A stretch of DNA of 46,458 nt from a bacterium (lineage in GTDB: Bacteria; Patescibacteriota; Minisyncoccia; JAHIHE01; JAGLIN01). Under the pieces are notes generated by a model. That model had not been told where the DNA came from. It ran no database searches and saw nothing but the letters and a program-made list of their open reading frames with translations. Location of the stretch: positions 1 through 46,458 of the forward strand of contig DAOWDU010000014.1 in NCBI GenBank assembly GCA_030638825.1, written 5' to 3'. The position numbers were made by a program, and so were the translations under genes. Of this stretch, positions 44,250-46,458 are shown in pieces (the stretch's first letter is position 1; each line of letters opens with the position of its first letter).

Positions 44250-44808
44250 CTTGGTAATATTTTTTTAAGCGTTTAAGCATTTGTTTATTATCATAAATCT
44301 CCGCCAACTGAAAACATTTTTCCCAATTCATATTGCTGAGATTATCAAAGTAATAATCACTAAATAAATAAATTGTGTCTAAAAAAGCTCGCTCCTTGCT
44401 GGCAATACTATAGTTTTTTTTGTCTATAATGCTATTGCGATTAAATAATACCTCGTCTTTTAATTTTCTATAAACCAATTTATTTCCCTGACATTCTATT
44501 TTTCTGGAAAGATAACTGGCAACAAAGACGGCATTATGATGCTGAAAAATAATTCCTTCTTCTCTCAAAACAGTTTCAAAACTGATATATGCTGGGACAT
44601 AAATACTCACTGCCAATTCTTTTAAATCATATCTTTCTTCTTTGGCAAAAATTCCTCTTCTGATTCTTCTTAAATTTCCTTTTTTAAGATAATAAAAAAT
44701 TTTGCTTTTCAGATTGTTTTTATTTTTCTCCCGCCACAACAAAGCAATTTCTTTGGTGGTCAAAATTGTTTTAGGAGATTGATAAAGTTTTACTAATAAA
44801 TTATCCAT
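44239..44808 (-). CDS. AbiEi-family antitoxin
   Basis: N-terminal wHTH (RIRRGIF), PAYISFETVL and ASKERAFLDTIY; overlaps the toxin start. Confidence 0.88.
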   Translation of the reverse strand: MDNLLVKLYQSPKTILTTKEIALLWREKNKNNLKSKIFYYLKKGNLRRIRRGIFAKEERYDLKELAVSIYVPAYISFETVLREEGIIFQHHNAVFVASYLSRKIECQGNKLVYRKLKDEVLFNRNSIIDKKNYSIASKERAFLDTIYLFSDYYFDNLSNMNWEKCFQLAEIYDNKQMLKRLKKYYQDAQ

Positions 44809-44872
44809 TTTTAAATAATATGAACTGAAAGTAAGAGTTTTTCTTACTTGGAGTTTAAATCGTAGCTAATAT

Positions 44873-46267
44873 TTATTTTAATTTTTCTCTTAAATATTCT
44901 CTCACCTCCCCAATCCCCACCCTCTCCTGCTCCATTGTATCTCTATCTCTCACCGTTACCGCCTCATCATCTAAACTTTCAAAATCTACAGTAATACAAT
45001 AAGGCGTGCCGATTTCGTCTTGGCGGCGGTAGCGTTTTCCAATGCTTTGAGATTCATCATACTGGCAAGTAAATTCTGTTTTAAGCAAATCAAAAATTTC
45101 TTTCGCTTTTTTGCTTAAATTTTCTTTTTTAGATAAAGGTAAAATCGCAACTTTGACTGGCGCGATCTTTTTGTTGAATTTCATTACAACACGCGTTTCT
45201 GTTTTGCCATCCGCGGTCGGCGCTTCTTCTTCGCAATAAGCGTCAACCATAACAGCCAAAACACTTCTATCAACTCCGAATGTTGGTTCAATAACATGCG
45301 GAATATATTTTTTGTTATCTTCCGTATCAAAATATTCCATATTCTGCCCGCTTGAATTTTGATGGCTCATTAAATCAAAATTAGTCCGATACGCAAGCCC
45401 ATAAAGCTCTTTTGTTCCGAAAGGAAAATTATATTCAAAATCAACAGTTTTTCTGCTGTAATGCGAAAGCTCGTCCTTATCATGCTCTCTAATGGAATAA
45501 TTTTCTTTTTTAATTCCAAGGTAATCCAGCCATTTTGTCATTTCGTTTTGCCAGTATTCAAATTGCTTCTGCCAATTTTCTTCTTTAATAAAATACTCAA
45601 GTTCCATTTGTTCAAATTCTATCGTTCTAAAAATAAAATTTCCGGGAGTTATTTCATTGCGAAACGACTTGCCAATTTGGGCAATGCCGAAAGGAATTTT
45701 TTTATGTGTAGAGTTTAAGACATTTTTAAAATTCACGAACATCGCCTGCGCTGTTTCAGGACGAAGATAAATAATATTACTGTCGTATTCCGTAACGCCC
45801 TGATAAGTTTTAAACATAAGACCAAACTTTCTGGCATCTGTCCAATCTTTTTTTCCGCAAACAGGACATTTGATATTGTTTTCTTCTATTATTTTCGTCA
45901 TATCTTCAGGAGTCATTCCTTCAGCTTTCATATTTAGGGCATCTTCAATTAAATGATCGGCTCTGATTCTCGCCTTGCACGCCTTACAGTCAACAAGCGC
46001 GTCATTAAATCCGGATACATGCCCTGATGATTCCCAAACTCGACTATTCATCAAAATAGCGGCGTCAATTCCAACAACATCTTCCCTGTCTTTGACAAAG
46101 AACTTCCACCATGCTTGCTTAATATTATTTTTTAGCTCAACTCCAACCGGTCCGTAATCCCAGGTATTCGCCAAGCCGCCATAAATTTCCGAACCTGGAA
46201 AAACAAACCCCCGCCTTTTGGCGAGCGAAGTAATTTTATCCATTAAGTTTTCTTTCTTGTTTATCAT
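44873..46267 (-). CDS. glyQS: Glycine--tRNA ligase, homodimeric type
   Basis: [38 protein letters not shown] and [14 protein letters not shown] motifs. Confidence 0.97.
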   Translation of the reverse strand: MINKKENLMDKITSLAKRRGFVFPGSEIYGGLANTWDYGPVGVELKNNIKQAWWKFFVKDREDVVGIDAAILMNSRVWESSGHVSGFNDALVDCKACKARIRADHLIEDALNMKAEGMTPEDMTKIIEENNIKCPVCGKKDWTDARKFGLMFKTYQGVTEYDSNIIYLRPETAQAMFVNFKNVLNSTHKKIPFGIAQIGKSFRNEITPGNFIFRTIEFEQMELEYFIKEENWQKQFEYWQNEMTKWLDYLGIKKENYSIREHDKDELSHYSRKTVDFEYNFPFGTKELYGLAYRTNFDLMSHQNSSGQNMEYFDTEDNKKYIPHVIEPTFGVDRSVLAVMVDAYCEEEAPTADGKTETRVVMKFNKKIAPVKVAILPLSKKENLSKKAKEIFDLLKTEFTCQYDESQSIGKRYRRQDEIGTPYCITVDFESLDDEAVTVRDRDTMEQERVGIGEVREYLREKLK

Positions 46268-46317
46268 AATTTTATCTTAACATAAGAATTTTTTAATGTA
46301 AATGATAAGTTTCTAAT

Positions 46318-46458
46318 TGTCAAACCAATATAGAAATGTCCTACTTCCTCCAAAGTAGAAATGTCCTACTTGATTGAAATTAATTATCTTGCATATTCTA
46401 TTTGTTGTTTCAGATCTATTGTTTTGCTGAATAAGAAAGGTTTTCTCCATGGATGATC
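46318..46458 (-). mobile_element. Right end of an IS1202/ISNCY-type IS
   Basis: Terminal TGT at 46318; direct subrepeats TAGAAATGTCCTACTT at 46331-46346 and 46356-46371; adjacent transposase tail. Confidence 0.75.
46384..46458 (-). CDS. IS1202/ISNCY-type transposase, C-terminal fragment
   Basis: Minus strand reads DHPWRKPFLFSKTIDLKQQIEYAR*; HPWR is the characteristic C-terminal motif. Confidence 0.7.
   Translation of the reverse strand, partial: DHPWRKPFLFSKTIDLKQQIEYAR

Noticed and set aside
46275-46302. Xer/dif-like target next to the IS1202-type end
   Set aside because: Only one arm is similar, it lies ~15 bp from the IS end, and it is better explained as the glyQS promoter.

Overview
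AT-rich bacterial contig, probably Patescibacteria/CPR (Parcubacteria-like). That is inferred from gene content: homodimeric GlyRS, short MetRS, NUDIX-containing LeuRS, class F sortase and a solo PaaX/Cas2-like gene. It is bounded by two IS ends: an ISAs1-type end at left and an IS1202/ISNCY-type end at right. From left to right it holds: (1) a minus-strand cell-wall cluster (ftsW, a degenerate murG, murC, murB) interleaved with an ABC exporter, a HEPN/MNT pair, an ATP-grasp enzyme and a PLP enzyme; (2) a ~16 kb co-oriented cluster of large vWA/Cys-rich/lamin-tail surface proteins headed by a small DUF2292/YezD-like gene and an attenuator-like leader; (3) a sortase F plus MPKTG substrate pair; (4) housekeeping genes (M16 peptidase, AI-2E, metG, tatD, leuS, NIF3, glyQS) and an AbiE pair. 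The most unusual signals are: (a) a 246-bp in-frame insert in leuS that on the opposite strand carries two promoters, a tRNA-like RNA, a complementary target sequence and a terminator; (b) a PaaX/Cas2-like gene bracketed by 40-bp palindromic direct repeats, with solo relatives elsewhere in the window; (c) the DUF2292-like gene followed by an RNA motif overlapping a terminator; (d) many palindromic and heptamer repeats translated in-frame within enzymes. No CRISPR array, rRNA or intact tRNA was seen. All calls are by eye, with no database searches.
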